Origin: a bacterium | Lineage (GTDB): Bacteria; JAAXHH01 | Direction of reading: 5' to 3' | Length of the DNA stretch: 64,000 nucleotides | Assembly (NCBI GenBank): GCA_965262815.1 | Contig: OZ253560.1 | Coordinates: forward strand, 1,715,287 to 1,779,286 | Shown: positions 1-9,734 of the stretch, piece after piece | Numbering within the stretch: the stretch's first letter is position 1 | How the letters are laid out: every line of letters starts with the position of its first letter | Notes under the pieces: generated by a model | The model's input: the letters and a program-made list of their open reading frames with translations, nothing else | Database searches by the model: none | What the model was told of the DNA's origin: nothing | Translations under genes and position numbers: made by a program

Positions 1-2
1 GG

Positions 3-1055
3 ATTTACGGCGTTCAGTTCCATCCCGAAGTGGTGCACACGGTCCAGGGCCGTGAGATCCTGGAGAACTTCGTTTTTAACATCTGCGGCTGTGAAGGAAG
101 CTGGACGCCCCGGACCTTCATCGACGACGCCCTTGCCTCCATCCGGGAGACGGTAGGAGAGCGCCGGGTGGCCTGCTTCGCCAGCGGCGGAGTGGATTCC
201 TCGGTCGTAGCGGCGCTGATCGGCAGGGCCGTCGGGGATCGACTGACCTGCATCTTCGTGGACACGGGCATGCTCAGGAAGGACGAGGCCAAACAGGTCG
301 AAGAGACCTATCGCCGGACCATCAACGCCCGTTTCCGTTTCGTGGACGCCTCGGACCGGTTTCTGAACCGGCTGAAGGGCGTGGAGGAACCGGAACAGAA
401 GCGCCGGATCATCGGTGACGAGTTTATACGGGTGCTCGAAACAGAACTGACTTCACTGCGCGGCGTACGCATCCTGGCCCAGGGCACGCTCTATCCCGAC
501 GTGATCGAAAGCGCCTCCGTGAAGGGACCGGCCAGCACCATCAAGACCCATCACAACGTCGGCGGACTGCCGGACGACCTGGAACTGGAACTGCTGGAAC
601 CGGTTCGAAGCCTCTTCAAGGACGAGGTGCGCACCGTGGGACGGGAACTCGGCCTGCCGAACGAAATTATCGACCGGCATCCCTTCCCCGGACCCGGACT
701 GGGCATCCGCGTGCTGGGAAAAGTTACCCGTGAACGGGTGTCCATGCTGCAGGACGCGGACAAAATATTTATCGACGAGTTGCGAAAAGCCGGCCTGTAC
801 GATGAAGTTTCCCAGGCGCTGGCCGTACTGCTGCCCGTCAAGACCGTGGGCGTGATGGGCGACGCCCGCACCTACGAAAGTGTCATCGCCCTCCGTGCGG
901 TAACCACGCTGGACTTCATGACGGCCGACTGGGCACGCCTGCCTACCGAGTTCCTGGCGTACGTGTCGAATCGCATCATCAACGAAGTCAGAGGCGTAAA
1001 CCGCGTGGTCTACGACCTGAGTTCCAAACCACCCGGCACCATCGAATGGGAATAA
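3..1055 (+). CDS. guaA: GMP synthase (glutamine-hydrolysing), C-terminal ATP-pyrophosphatase part; 5' end lies outside the window
   Basis: The frame is open from the window edge. The GATase-domain end motif GVQFHPEV is present, followed by the PP-loop SGGVDSSV and a C-terminal dimerisation region ending ...GTIEWE. Confidence 0.93.
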   Translation: MYGVQFHPEVVHTVQGREILENFVFNICGCEGSWTPRTFIDDALASIRETVGERRVACFASGGVDSSVVAALIGRAVGDRLTCIFVDTGMLRKDEAKQVEETYRRTINARFRFVDASDRFLNRLKGVEEPEQKRRIIGDEFIRVLETELTSLRGVRILAQGTLYPDVIESASVKGPASTIKTHHNVGGLPDDLELELLEPVRSLFKDEVRTVGRELGLPNEIIDRHPFPGPGLGIRVLGKVTRERVSMLQDADKIFIDELRKAGLYDEVSQALAVLLPVKTVGVMGDARTYESVIALRAVTTLDFMTADWARLPTEFLAYVSNRIINEVRGVNRVVYDLSSKPPGTIEWE

Positions 1056-1059
1056 CCAC

Positions 1060-3087
1060 GTGATCTTCCAGGAATACCTCGCCGCCCTGCCCATGGGCGA
1101 CCTTAAGTCAATAGCTTTCACGCTCGGTGTGCAACCGGGCATGATCTCCCGCGCCCGGTTGATCCGGGAAATCACGGACCAGACCTTCCAGCCCGGATTC
1201 ATCGATCAATCCGTGGACGATCTGACCGAAGAAGAGCGGGAGATCCTCCTGGCCGTACTGTCGGCGGGAGAATCGGGGCAGATTTACGATACGAGAAAAC
1301 CTGGCAACGGCGGGTTTATCGATCAACTCCACGAACTGCTGACCCGGGGACTCGTAATTGGACGCCGCCGCGCGTTCCGTACGGTCGACTTCGTCGTACC
1401 GGAAGACACCCGCGATATGCTGATCCGTTACTACACGGACCGGTTGGCGGGATTATTCTCGACGCAGGCTGCGAAAACAGAAGAAGACGGCAGCCGGGAT
1501 CTCACCGTCGTCCGGAACGTCTTTTCCCTCGTGAATGGATTGCGTCACAACCCGGCACGGCTTACGGACCGGGGCAAACCGTACAAAAGAGCACTCGATG
1601 CCATGGTGGAACGGCAGGAATCCGCGACGAACGGACTGCCGGACTCGGCGACGGACATCACCGAACAGATGCGATTCGTCATGGATTATTCACGTTGGCG
1701 CGGACTGACACGGGAAGAGGACGGACGACTCCGCGCCGCCAACGAATTCGAGACCTGGTTATTGCTGTCCACCTCGGATAAACTCGAGGACCTGATGTCC
1801 TTCTGGCATGGGCGGGAACGGGCGAAATCCCCCGCGGTTTCCGCGCTGCCCGGCATCTTGCAGCTGTGCGTGGGATTCGACCAGGTGGACCTGGAACAGA
1901 TCATGCGCTTCGTGCTGAACTGTTCGTCTCCCCACGTGCGGACGGATACTTTCGGCGAACATGACCGGAAAGAAGTCCTCGCCGCGATGCGTGAACTGGA
2001 ATGGATCGGACTCCTTCGCCAGTACGCGGGTAAAAACGGAACCGGCGCCGGCCTGGTGATCACGCCGGCCGGCAGACACGTATTGGGCGGGCATAGCTGG
2101 TCCGACGAGCAGGCCTGGAGCACCAGGTTCATCGTCCAGCCCACATTCGAAATCATCACGCCCCGGGACCTGGACCTGCTCATCCGGGAAAAACTCGAGC
2201 GGTTCGCCGACCTCGTCAAGGTCGATCTCACGCTGACCTACCACGTTACGCGCAATACCATCTACCGGGCGGCCAATTCCGACATGTCGGGTAACGAAGT
2301 CGTCGATTTCCTGGCGGCCCATTCCGAAAAAGACATACCACAGAATGTCGCTTACTCAATCCAGTCCTGGGGAGACGCCTACGGACAGGTGTATTTCATG
2401 GACGTTTTTCTTCTGCGGACCGCTACCGCCGAAATCGCGAGCCACATCAAGGCACACGGTGAACTGGCGCCATACATCCGCGGCGAGGTGGCTCCCAACG
2501 CACTGATCGTAGAGCGTAAACGATACCGGGAACTGATGGATCTTCTGCAGAAGCAGGGCTACATGCCGAAATCCGAGGTCGTCGGAACTGCGGAATCGGC
2601 TTCCGTACTTAGCTCAGGAGAAAGGAGCCTGACCGGCGACGGGGGTAATGGACCGGCAAGAACGCACGGACGAAGCAGCCCTTCCATGAAAGAAGCGCAG
2701 AAGCGTACACCCGCTTCAACCGATCAGAAACCCGCGCTCGGGTTCGGAGATTGTCTTCCGGGCTACCAACTGCATAAGGGACCGGGTGGGACTGACAGCA
2801 GCGCACCGCACTTCGAGCAGGCCGCCAACATGCAGTACCTGTCTCCAAAGCACACGGAAGAACTCCTGGAAATGGCGGTAAAGAACGACCACCGGGCCGT
2901 CATCGATTACTACCTGGGCAACAGGAGCCGCAGCTTCCTGCACCGGATCCAACCCGTGCGGATCGAAAGGACCCGGGGTACGCCCTTCGTCGAGGCGAAT
3001 CGCATGCCGGAGGGCGACGTGCACGCCTTCAAGATTGCGAACATCAGGGCGATCCGGATCGTCTACGAAAACGAAGAGAACGAATAA
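1060..3087 (+). CDS. XPB-N-terminal-like helicase-associated domain protein (stand-alone, no helicase core); hypothetical
   Basis: 675 aa with a GTG start. The central block IVQPTFEIITPRDLDLLIREKLERFADLVKVDLTLTYHVTRNTIYRAANSDMSGNEVVDFLAAHSEKDIPQNVAYSIQSWGDAYGQVYF resembles the domain found N-terminal to XPB/ERCC3-type helicases. No Walker motifs are present. Confidence 0.55.
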   Translation: MIFQEYLAALPMGDLKSIAFTLGVQPGMISRARLIREITDQTFQPGFIDQSVDDLTEEEREILLAVLSAGESGQIYDTRKPGNGGFIDQLHELLTRGLVIGRRRAFRTVDFVVPEDTRDMLIRYYTDRLAGLFSTQAAKTEEDGSRDLTVVRNVFSLVNGLRHNPARLTDRGKPYKRALDAMVERQESATNGLPDSATDITEQMRFVMDYSRWRGLTREEDGRLRAANEFETWLLLSTSDKLEDLMSFWHGRERAKSPAVSALPGILQLCVGFDQVDLEQIMRFVLNCSSPHVRTDTFGEHDRKEVLAAMRELEWIGLLRQYAGKNGTGAGLVITPAGRHVLGGHSWSDEQAWSTRFIVQPTFEIITPRDLDLLIREKLERFADLVKVDLTLTYHVTRNTIYRAANSDMSGNEVVDFLAAHSEKDIPQNVAYSIQSWGDAYGQVYFMDVFLLRTATAEIASHIKAHGELAPYIRGEVAPNALIVERKRYRELMDLLQKQGYMPKSEVVGTAESASVLSSGERSLTGDGGNGPARTHGRSSPSMKEAQKRTPASTDQKPALGFGDCLPGYQLHKGPGGTDSSAPHFEQAANMQYLSPKHTEELLEMAVKNDHRAVIDYYLGNRSRSFLHRIQPVRIERTRGTPFVEANRMPEGDVHAFKIANIRAIRIVYENEENE

Positions 3088-3114
3088 GAGAGGATTCCGC
3101 CGAGCGGAGGGGCC

Positions 3115-3966
3115 ATGCATACCACGCTGATCGACGTACATACATTGCACCGGCATCACCGGGATCCGAACTGGCGCGTGATCGACGCCCGGTTTTCCCT
3201 CGCCGATCCGGGCCAGGGCGCGCGGGAGTACGATGAGGGCCATGTGCCCGGCGCCACGTACGCCCACCTGGACGAAGATCTTTCCGGTCCAATCATACGC
3301 GGGGAGACGGGCCGGCATCCCTTGCCCTCGGTGAAAAAGGCGGTGGAAGTGTTCTCGCGATGGGGGATAGACGACCATGTGCAGGTCGCGGTCTACGACA
3401 GCGCCGCCGGTTCGGTTGCCGCCCGGCTCTGGTGGATGCTCCGCTGGCTCGGACACGACGCCGTTGCCGTGATCGACGGCGGTTGGCCGGCCTGGACCGG
3501 CGCGGGCATGGCGGTTTCACGGGACGTTCCCGAATGGACGCCCCGATCTTTCATACCTGACGTCAGGACGCACCTGGTCACCGACGTGGAAGGCGTGGAC
3601 AAGTATCGGAACGATGGGGACTGGGCCGTCCTGGATGCCCGCACGCCGGAGCGTTTCCGCGGTGAGCAGGAACCCATAGACCCCGTGGCCGGCCACATTC
3701 CCGGTGCGCGGTGCGCGACTTTCGACGGGAATTTAGGGGAAGATGGACGCTTCCTGTCACCGGAGGATCTGAGACGGAGATTTGAAGGATTGTTCGGTGG
3801 TGTTCCCGCGGACCGTGCCGTCAACTACTGCGGATCGGGGGTATCGGCCTGCCACAACCTGCTCGCCATCGCCCACGCGGGACTGGGAGACGCCGTGCTT
3901 TATCCAGGTTCATGGAGCGAGTGGATAACGGGAGAGGATCGTCCGATCGGGACGGGGGAGGGGTGA
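3115..3966 (+). CDS. sseA: 3-mercaptopyruvate/thiosulfate sulfurtransferase (tandem rhodanese domains)
   Basis: Two rhodanese domains. The active-site loop CGSGVSACH is in the second domain. Length is 283 aa. Confidence 0.85.
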   Translation: MHTTLIDVHTLHRHHRDPNWRVIDARFSLADPGQGAREYDEGHVPGATYAHLDEDLSGPIIRGETGRHPLPSVKKAVEVFSRWGIDDHVQVAVYDSAAGSVAARLWWMLRWLGHDAVAVIDGGWPAWTGAGMAVSRDVPEWTPRSFIPDVRTHLVTDVEGVDKYRNDGDWAVLDARTPERFRGEQEPIDPVAGHIPGARCATFDGNLGEDGRFLSPEDLRRRFEGLFGGVPADRAVNYCGSGVSACHNLLAIAHAGLGDAVLYPGSWSEWITGEDRPIGTGEG

Positions 3967-3969
3967 GTT

Positions 3970-4683
3970 TCAGCCTCCTCGCCCAAACGCATACCTGAAC
4001 GTCACCCACAGGATCTTGACGCCAGCCCTGACCGCCCCGGTCAGCGTTCCGGTGATCTTCGAGACCCCGACTCGCTTCCGGTACCGCACCGGAACGTCGA
4101 GCGTTCGGTACTTCTTCTGCGCCGCCTTGATCTGCATTTCCACCGTCCAGCCGAAGTCCTTGTCCGCCATTTCCAGTTCAAGCAGGCGATCGTAGCGTAT
4201 CGCACGAAACGGTCCCAGGTCTGTGTATCGATGTCCGTACAGCCACCGGATGATCCTGGGCACGAGGATGTTTCCGATCAGGGACTGAATCGGCATGGCG
4301 CCCGGTGCGCGCCGGCCCAGCATCCGGGAACCGATCACCATGTCGCAGCCCTCTTCGGCGATAGGCCGCACCAGGCTGGCCATCTCTTCCGGATAATCGC
4401 TGTAATCCCCGTCCAGAAACACGATGATGTCCGGGGTGAATCGGGCGGCTTCGGCCATGCCCCGCAGGCAGGCCGCCCCGTAACCACGCCGGGGTTCCCG
4501 CACGACGACGGCACCGCCAGCCTCAGCCACCGCACTGGTCCGATCCGTCGAACCGTTGTCCACGACGATCACGGCCGTGGCCAGTCCCTCCGATAAATGC
4601 GACAGAACCAGGCCGATCGAATCTTCTTCGTTCAGGACCGGTATGATGACCACAATGGTCTGATCTTCCAGTGATCGCACCAT
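3970..4683 (-). CDS. Glycosyltransferase family 2 (DPM1-like polyprenol-phosphate glycosyltransferase)
   Basis: VVIIPVLNEEDSI ... VVDNGSTDRTS ... FLDGDYSDYPEE (DxD-like motif), followed by a C-terminal membrane/amphipathic region. Confidence 0.8.
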   Translation of the reverse strand: MVRSLEDQTIVVIIPVLNEEDSIGLVLSHLSEGLATAVIVVDNGSTDRTSAVAEAGGAVVVREPRRGYGAACLRGMAEAARFTPDIIVFLDGDYSDYPEEMASLVRPIAEEGCDMVIGSRMLGRRAPGAMPIQSLIGNILVPRIIRWLYGHRYTDLGPFRAIRYDRLLELEMADKDFGWTVEMQIKAAQKKYRTLDVPVRYRKRVGVSKITGTLTGAVRAGVKILWVTFRYAFGRGG

Positions 4684-4758
4684 GTCAACCCGCGCCGAAA
4701 CCCTTTCTATCCGTGCTCAAAACGGAATCCCGCCCATCGTACATAATGTATAAATTTC

Positions 4759-4786
4759 TTGACAAACCCCCTACATATACTAATAT
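4759..4786 (+). promoter_or_regulatory. Sigma-70-type promoter upstream of smc (TTGACA-N16-TAATAT)
   Basis: TTGACA at 4759-4764 and TAATAT at 4781-4786. It sits in an AT-rich intergenic island between the divergent GT2 and smc genes. Confidence 0.5.
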
Positions 4787-4880
4787 ATCCCCTTATTAGT
4801 CTCCTGTAACCGATTTTCAATCAGATTTCATTTCGCCGACATTCGAACCGCGCAGTCTTTGCCATCAGGATTCGACTCCA

Positions 4881-7800
4881 ATGCGTCTATCCCATCTTGA
4901 AATCATTGGTTTCAAGTCGTTCTCCACCCGGCTCAAGGTGAAGTTCAGCGACGGTATTACGGCCGTGGTCGGTCCCAACGGTTGCGGCAAGTCGAATATC
5001 GTCGACGCCATTCGCTGGGCGCTGGGAGAACACCGGGCGACTTCGCTCCGGGGCGACCGGATGGAGGATATCGTCTTCAACGGCACCGACGCCCGTAAAC
5101 CCCTGGGCATGGCGGAGGTGTCGCTGACGATAGACAACACCGAACAGAAACTGCCTGTCGAATACAGTGAAGTCACCATCACGCGCCGCTATTTCCGTTC
5201 CGGCGCGAGCGAGTACATGATCAACAAGGTGCCGTGCCGCCTGAAAGACATCACCAACCTCCTGCTGGATACGGGCATGGGGGCCCACGCCTACTCGATC
5301 ATCGAGCAGGGCATGGTGGAATCGGTGGTAAACGGCAGTCCCATGGAACGGCGCCAGCTCATCGAGGAAGCCGCCGGCATCAACAAGTATAAGACGCGCC
5401 GGCGCCTGGCACAGCGGAAACTGGAAGGAACCGAGCACGACCTGGTTCGCATCGCCGACCTCCTGGAGGAAGTCGACCGAAGCGTGAGTCAACTTCGACG
5501 CCAGGTGCGGAAATACGAACGCCACGACCTGCTCATGCAACAGATGAAGGAAGTGGAGATCGTGATCGCCTGCCATGAGTTCCTGGACCTGCGCCGGCAG
5601 ACCGAACCCGTTCGGGCGCGGATCAAGAAACTTTCAGACCAGAAGGAATCCCTCCTCACGCGCATTCGAACCGCCGAAGCCGGTGTCGAGGAAAGTAAAG
5701 CCGGCGAACTGGAAAAGGAAGGTCAGTTGCAGCAACGGCAGGACGGCGTGAACCGGATCGACCAACAGATCCGTACGCTGACCGAGGAACTCCTGGTAAA
5801 CAAGGAGCGCCGGGCCGGCCTGGAACAGCGAACCAAATCCGCGGCGGCGGAAGCGGAAGAGGCTGAGACGGAGCAAAAGCGAATCCGTGCACAACTGACG
5901 CAGATCAGCGATGACCGAAAGACCCTGAATACCTCCCTGGAGCAGGCGCGCACCGCCTTCGCGGAGCGGGAAAACAAGGCCAATGCCTCTGTTGAACGGA
6001 TTTCCGTGCAGAAGGAGTCATCCCAGGTTCTTCGGAACCACAGCATGGCGCTGATTCAAAAGCACTCCCACGAGCAGGCGGAGATCAGTTCCCTCGAGGC
6101 CCGCGAGGAGTCCCAGCGCAACCGGAGCGGCGAAGTGACCGCCGCCCGGAAGAAACTCGGCGAAGAACTGGCAACGAATTCCACGGCTGTCGAAGCCGTA
6201 AGAAAGGAACTGCGCGAAGCAAGAAAGGTGGTCGAGGATAACACGACGCTGAACGCCACCCTGCAGGAATCCGTGCAGGACGTGCAGCGTTGTATCGAGT
6301 CCGCCCGGGACAAGTTGTTCGGGATCGAAACCACCCTGGCGACAGCGGAAAAAGAACGGGCGCTTCTCGATCGCATGCACCGGCAATACGAGGGGTACGG
6401 ACAGGGGGTAAGGACGCTTTTAACCAACGGCGCGGCGATCGATGGACTCCGCAGCGTCCTGGCCGACCAGATATCGATCGACAAGGAATACGAGGCGGTG
6501 ATCGCGGCCTACCTGGACGACATGCTGCAGTACATCGTGGCCGAGCGCGTGGAAGACGCCGTAGCGGGCATCCGCTACCTCCGGGAACAGGAATCGGGGC
6601 TGGTCTCCTTCATTCTACTCGACCGGATAAAGTCACGTCCTTCCCCATCGGAACTGCCTTTCGAGGATGATGGCATCATAGGCCGCGCGAGTTCCTACGT
6701 GACTTCCGGCAAGGATCTGGATCCGGCGGTGATTCACCTGCTGTCCAGGGTGGTGCTCGTGAAGGACCTCGAAACGGCCTTTCGCCTGTCACCTGTTTTC
6801 GACACCGACCAGGACTGGAAACTGCTGACGACCGGTGGAGAGGTCGTGGATCCCGCCGGCCTGTTGACCGGTGGATCCACCGTTGAAAACGAATCGGACC
6901 TGCTTCGGCGGACGGAACGCATCGAAGCGCTGGACAGGGAACTGGTATCCAGCCGCGAGGATCGTGAAAAGATCACCGGAGAAATAGAGGGCCTGTCCGC
7001 TGAACTGTCCACGTTAACGGAGCGGCAGGAGTCTACCGCACAGTTTCTCGGCGAATCTCAGCGCATGATGATTGAACTGGAAACCCGGGAACGGCAGCAT
7101 GATTTCGAACTCGCCCGACTCGGCGATCAGGACGAGGAACTCGAACGGGAATCAGCTTCTTTGTCCGCACGGATAGCGTCATCGGGCACGGACCGCGAGC
7201 ACCGCAGGAAAGAACTGGAAAGGCTGGCAAAGGACCGAATCACGGCCGAGGAAGAAGTACGGGAGAACCAGGAGACGCTCGACGAACTGGAAGGGGAGCG
7301 CCAGCGCCTGGCCGAAGCGGCTCACGAGGCCCGTATCGCCCTGGTCTCTCTGGAGGGCCGGAGCAACGAACTGGGCACCACGGACGAATTCCTCACCCAG
7401 GAAGACGATCGCCTTACAAAGGTCCTGCACCAGCGGAAAACCGAATCGGTGGAAGCCGGCGGTCAGACCCAGGAATTGAAGCTTACCCAGGAGCACCACG
7501 AGAAACAACTCGAGACCCTCTATAAATCCAGGCGGGGACGGGAGGTGGATCGCGACGCCGTACTCGAAGAACACCGGAACCTGCAGGACGAGGTAAGGCG
7601 ATTGCAGCAGGAGTTGGATGAAAACCGAAACACCCTGGGCCAGGTACAGGAACAGATTCACCAGGTGGAACTGGATGATAAAGAATTGTACATGAAGAGC
7701 AGCGAGGTTCGGCGGCAGTTGATGGAAAGACACGGCACCGATCCGGAGAGCATGGAGGAACCGCCCCAGATCGCCGAAATGGAAGACTACTCGTCTGACG

Positions 7801-8510
7801 CGGCACAGACACTACGGTCCGATCTCCAGCACAAGGCGGATGACCTGGGTCCCATCAACATGGCGGCGGTCGAAGAGTACAAGGCCTCCAAGGAGCGGCT
7901 GGACTTCCTCCAGCAGCAGCAGAACGACCTCATCGAGGCCAAGGAGAACCTGGAAAAGACCATCGTCAAGATGAACAAGGCCGCGCGCACCCGGTTCATG
8001 ACCACCTTTGAACAGGTCCGGGGCAACTTCATGACCACGTTCCAGACGCTGTTCGAAGGGGGAGAAGCCGACCTCAAGCTTGAAGAAGGAGACCCCCTCG
8101 AAACCGGTATCGAAATCATGGCGCGCCCGGGTGGCAAGCGCCTCCAGAGCCTGGCCCTGCTGTCCGGCGGTGAGACGGCCCTGACGGCCATCGCCCTGCT
8201 CTTCGCCATCTACCTCGTGAAGCCAAGTCCTTTCTGCGTATTCGACGAAGTGGACGCACCCCTCGACGACGCCAACGTCCGGCGATTCGCCGGCGCCCTG
8301 CATCAGTTCACCCACGACACGCAGTTCCTGGTCGTCACCCACAATAAACGGACCATGGAAGCGGCCGATTACCTATACGGCATTACCATGGAAGAACCCG
8401 GCCTGTCCAAGATGGTATCCGTGCGCCTCGAGGGCGCGGAGTCGGAACAGCTGGAACCGACGGCCGCCCATGGTGAAGGAGCCAACGGCGCAGGAACGGT
8501 CGGGGTATAG
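4881..8510 (+). CDS. smc: Chromosome segregation protein SMC
   Basis: N-terminal Walker A (GPNGCGKSNIVDAIRWALGE), long coiled coils, a hinge, and C-terminal signature/Walker B (LSGGETALTAIALLFAIY...FCVFDEVDAPLD). 1209 aa. Confidence 0.97.
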   Translation: MRLSHLEIIGFKSFSTRLKVKFSDGITAVVGPNGCGKSNIVDAIRWALGEHRATSLRGDRMEDIVFNGTDARKPLGMAEVSLTIDNTEQKLPVEYSEVTITRRYFRSGASEYMINKVPCRLKDITNLLLDTGMGAHAYSIIEQGMVESVVNGSPMERRQLIEEAAGINKYKTRRRLAQRKLEGTEHDLVRIADLLEEVDRSVSQLRRQVRKYERHDLLMQQMKEVEIVIACHEFLDLRRQTEPVRARIKKLSDQKESLLTRIRTAEAGVEESKAGELEKEGQLQQRQDGVNRIDQQIRTLTEELLVNKERRAGLEQRTKSAAAEAEEAETEQKRIRAQLTQISDDRKTLNTSLEQARTAFAERENKANASVERISVQKESSQVLRNHSMALIQKHSHEQAEISSLEAREESQRNRSGEVTAARKKLGEELATNSTAVEAVRKELREARKVVEDNTTLNATLQESVQDVQRCIESARDKLFGIETTLATAEKERALLDRMHRQYEGYGQGVRTLLTNGAAIDGLRSVLADQISIDKEYEAVIAAYLDDMLQYIVAERVEDAVAGIRYLREQESGLVSFILLDRIKSRPSPSELPFEDDGIIGRASSYVTSGKDLDPAVIHLLSRVVLVKDLETAFRLSPVFDTDQDWKLLTTGGEVVDPAGLLTGGSTVENESDLLRRTERIEALDRELVSSREDREKITGEIEGLSAELSTLTERQESTAQFLGESQRMMIELETRERQHDFELARLGDQDEELERESASLSARIASSGTDREHRRKELERLAKDRITAEEEVRENQETLDELEGERQRLAEAAHEARIALVSLEGRSNELGTTDEFLTQEDDRLTKVLHQRKTESVEAGGQTQELKLTQEHHEKQLETLYKSRRGREVDRDAVLEEHRNLQDEVRRLQQELDENRNTLGQVQEQIHQVELDDKELYMKSSEVRRQLMERHGTDPESMEEPPQIAEMEDYSSDAAQTLRSDLQHKADDLGPINMAAVEEYKASKERLDFLQQQQNDLIEAKENLEKTIVKMNKAARTRFMTTFEQVRGNFMTTFQTLFEGGEADLKLEEGDPLETGIEIMARPGGKRLQSLALLSGGETALTAIALLFAIYLVKPSPFCVFDEVDAPLDDANVRRFAGALHQFTHDTQFLVVTHNKRTMEAADYLYGITMEEPGLSKMVSVRLEGAESEQLEPTAAHGEGANGAGTVGV

Positions 8511-8517
8511 GTGAGAC

Positions 8518-9111
8518 TTGATCGTCATCGGAGTAGCCGGCGGCATTGCCTCAGGGAAATCGACCGTGGCCCAGCTATACGGGAAACTCGGCGCCCGTGT
8601 GCTGGACGCCGATGCCATCGGCCACGAACTGCTCCGGACCGATAGGCTGCGCGACCGTATCCGGGAGGCCTTCGGTGAAGGCGTTCTAACCCAGGAAGGG
8701 GACGTGGACCGCCGCGCACTCGGCCGTCTTGTTTTCAGCGACGAGGACGCCCGGCACAGGCTGAACAGCCTGGTAAGGCCCGCCATCCGTGCAGAGATAC
8801 GCCAGCAGATCGCGGTGATGCGCGAAGCACATCAGGACGGGATCGTGGTGGTCGATGCGCCCCTGTTGGTAGACACCGGCCCCACGGACCTCGCAGACCG
8901 GGTCATCCTGGTCACCGCGCCCGCCGCCACGAGGAAAGAACGGATCATCCTTCGCAACAGGCTCTCCGAACGCGAAGCCGAGCAGCGTATCGCCGCCCAG
9001 GTACCTGATACGAAACAGGCGAGATGGGCGGATTATGTACTGGAAAACAACGGAACGGGGGACGAGTTGATGGCAAAGGCCGAGGCAATTTGGAAGGTTC
9101 TCGTTTCCTGA
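8518..9111 (+). CDS. coaE: Dephospho-CoA kinase
   Basis: GVAGGIASGKST P-loop, 197 aa, TTG start 7 nt after the smc stop. Confidence 0.88.
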   Translation: MIVIGVAGGIASGKSTVAQLYGKLGARVLDADAIGHELLRTDRLRDRIREAFGEGVLTQEGDVDRRALGRLVFSDEDARHRLNSLVRPAIRAEIRQQIAVMREAHQDGIVVVDAPLLVDTGPTDLADRVILVTAPAATRKERIILRNRLSEREAEQRIAAQVPDTKQARWADYVLENNGTGDELMAKAEAIWKVLVS

Positions 9112-9122
9112 GACGGAATCCG

Positions 9123-9734
9123 CTATCCTTCCCGCTCCCCACGACCTCGGTACAGACCCCGTTCTTTGATGTATCCCGCCACTTCTTCCGGAACCATGTT
9201 TGCGATGGAAAGCCCTTTGCCGATGCGTTGGCGTATGTCCGTGGACGAGATATCGATTTCGGGCAGCTGGACGGTGACTACGCGGTCCCTCCAGCTTGGG
9301 TCCACGCCCGTGAGATCCTTGCCAGGCCTCGGGACCGTCACGACCGTGGCCAGGTCGAATACCCGGTCCGGCGCGTACCAGGTGTCTATTTCGAGCAGGC
9401 TGTCGGCCCCAATGACGAGGTAGATACGACTCGACGCACCATGGATCCTCCGCAGTTCCTCCAGCGTGTCCACGGTGTAGGACAGACCCGGACGGTTGAT
9501 CTCCATGTCCGAAACCTCGAAGTTGGAATCGCGTTGCGAAGCCAGTTCGGCCATGCGAAACCGATCTCGCGGCGGGGCGACGGCATGGCCCTGTTTATGC
9601 GGGGGACGGGCGGACGGGACGAATAGCAGCCGATCGAGACCGCAGTGTTCCACTATGCCCCGGGCAATGACCAGATGGCCGGTGTGAATCGGGTCGAAAG
9701 TCCCCCCGTAAACACCAAGCCGGCAGGTTTTCAC
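9123..9734 (-). CDS. nadD: Nicotinate-nucleotide adenylyltransferase
   Basis: GGTFDPIHTGHL (HxGH nucleotidyltransferase motif) ... SSTDIR; 203 aa. Confidence 0.9.
   Translation of the reverse strand: MKTCRLGVYGGTFDPIHTGHLVIARGIVEHCGLDRLLFVPSARPPHKQGHAVAPPRDRFRMAELASQRDSNFEVSDMEINRPGLSYTVDTLEELRRIHGASSRIYLVIGADSLLEIDTWYAPDRVFDLATVVTVPRPGKDLTGVDPSWRDRVVTVQLPEIDISSTDIRQRIGKGLSIANMVPEEVAGYIKERGLYRGRGEREG

Noticed and set aside
4887-8342. Multiple minus-strand ORFs (for example 4887..5576, 7179..7733, 7812..8342) and plus-strand ORF 6290..6670
   Set aside because: They are antisense or out-of-frame within the clearly recognisable 1209-aa smc gene, and are Arg/Pro/Gly-rich as is typical of high-GC shadow ORFs.
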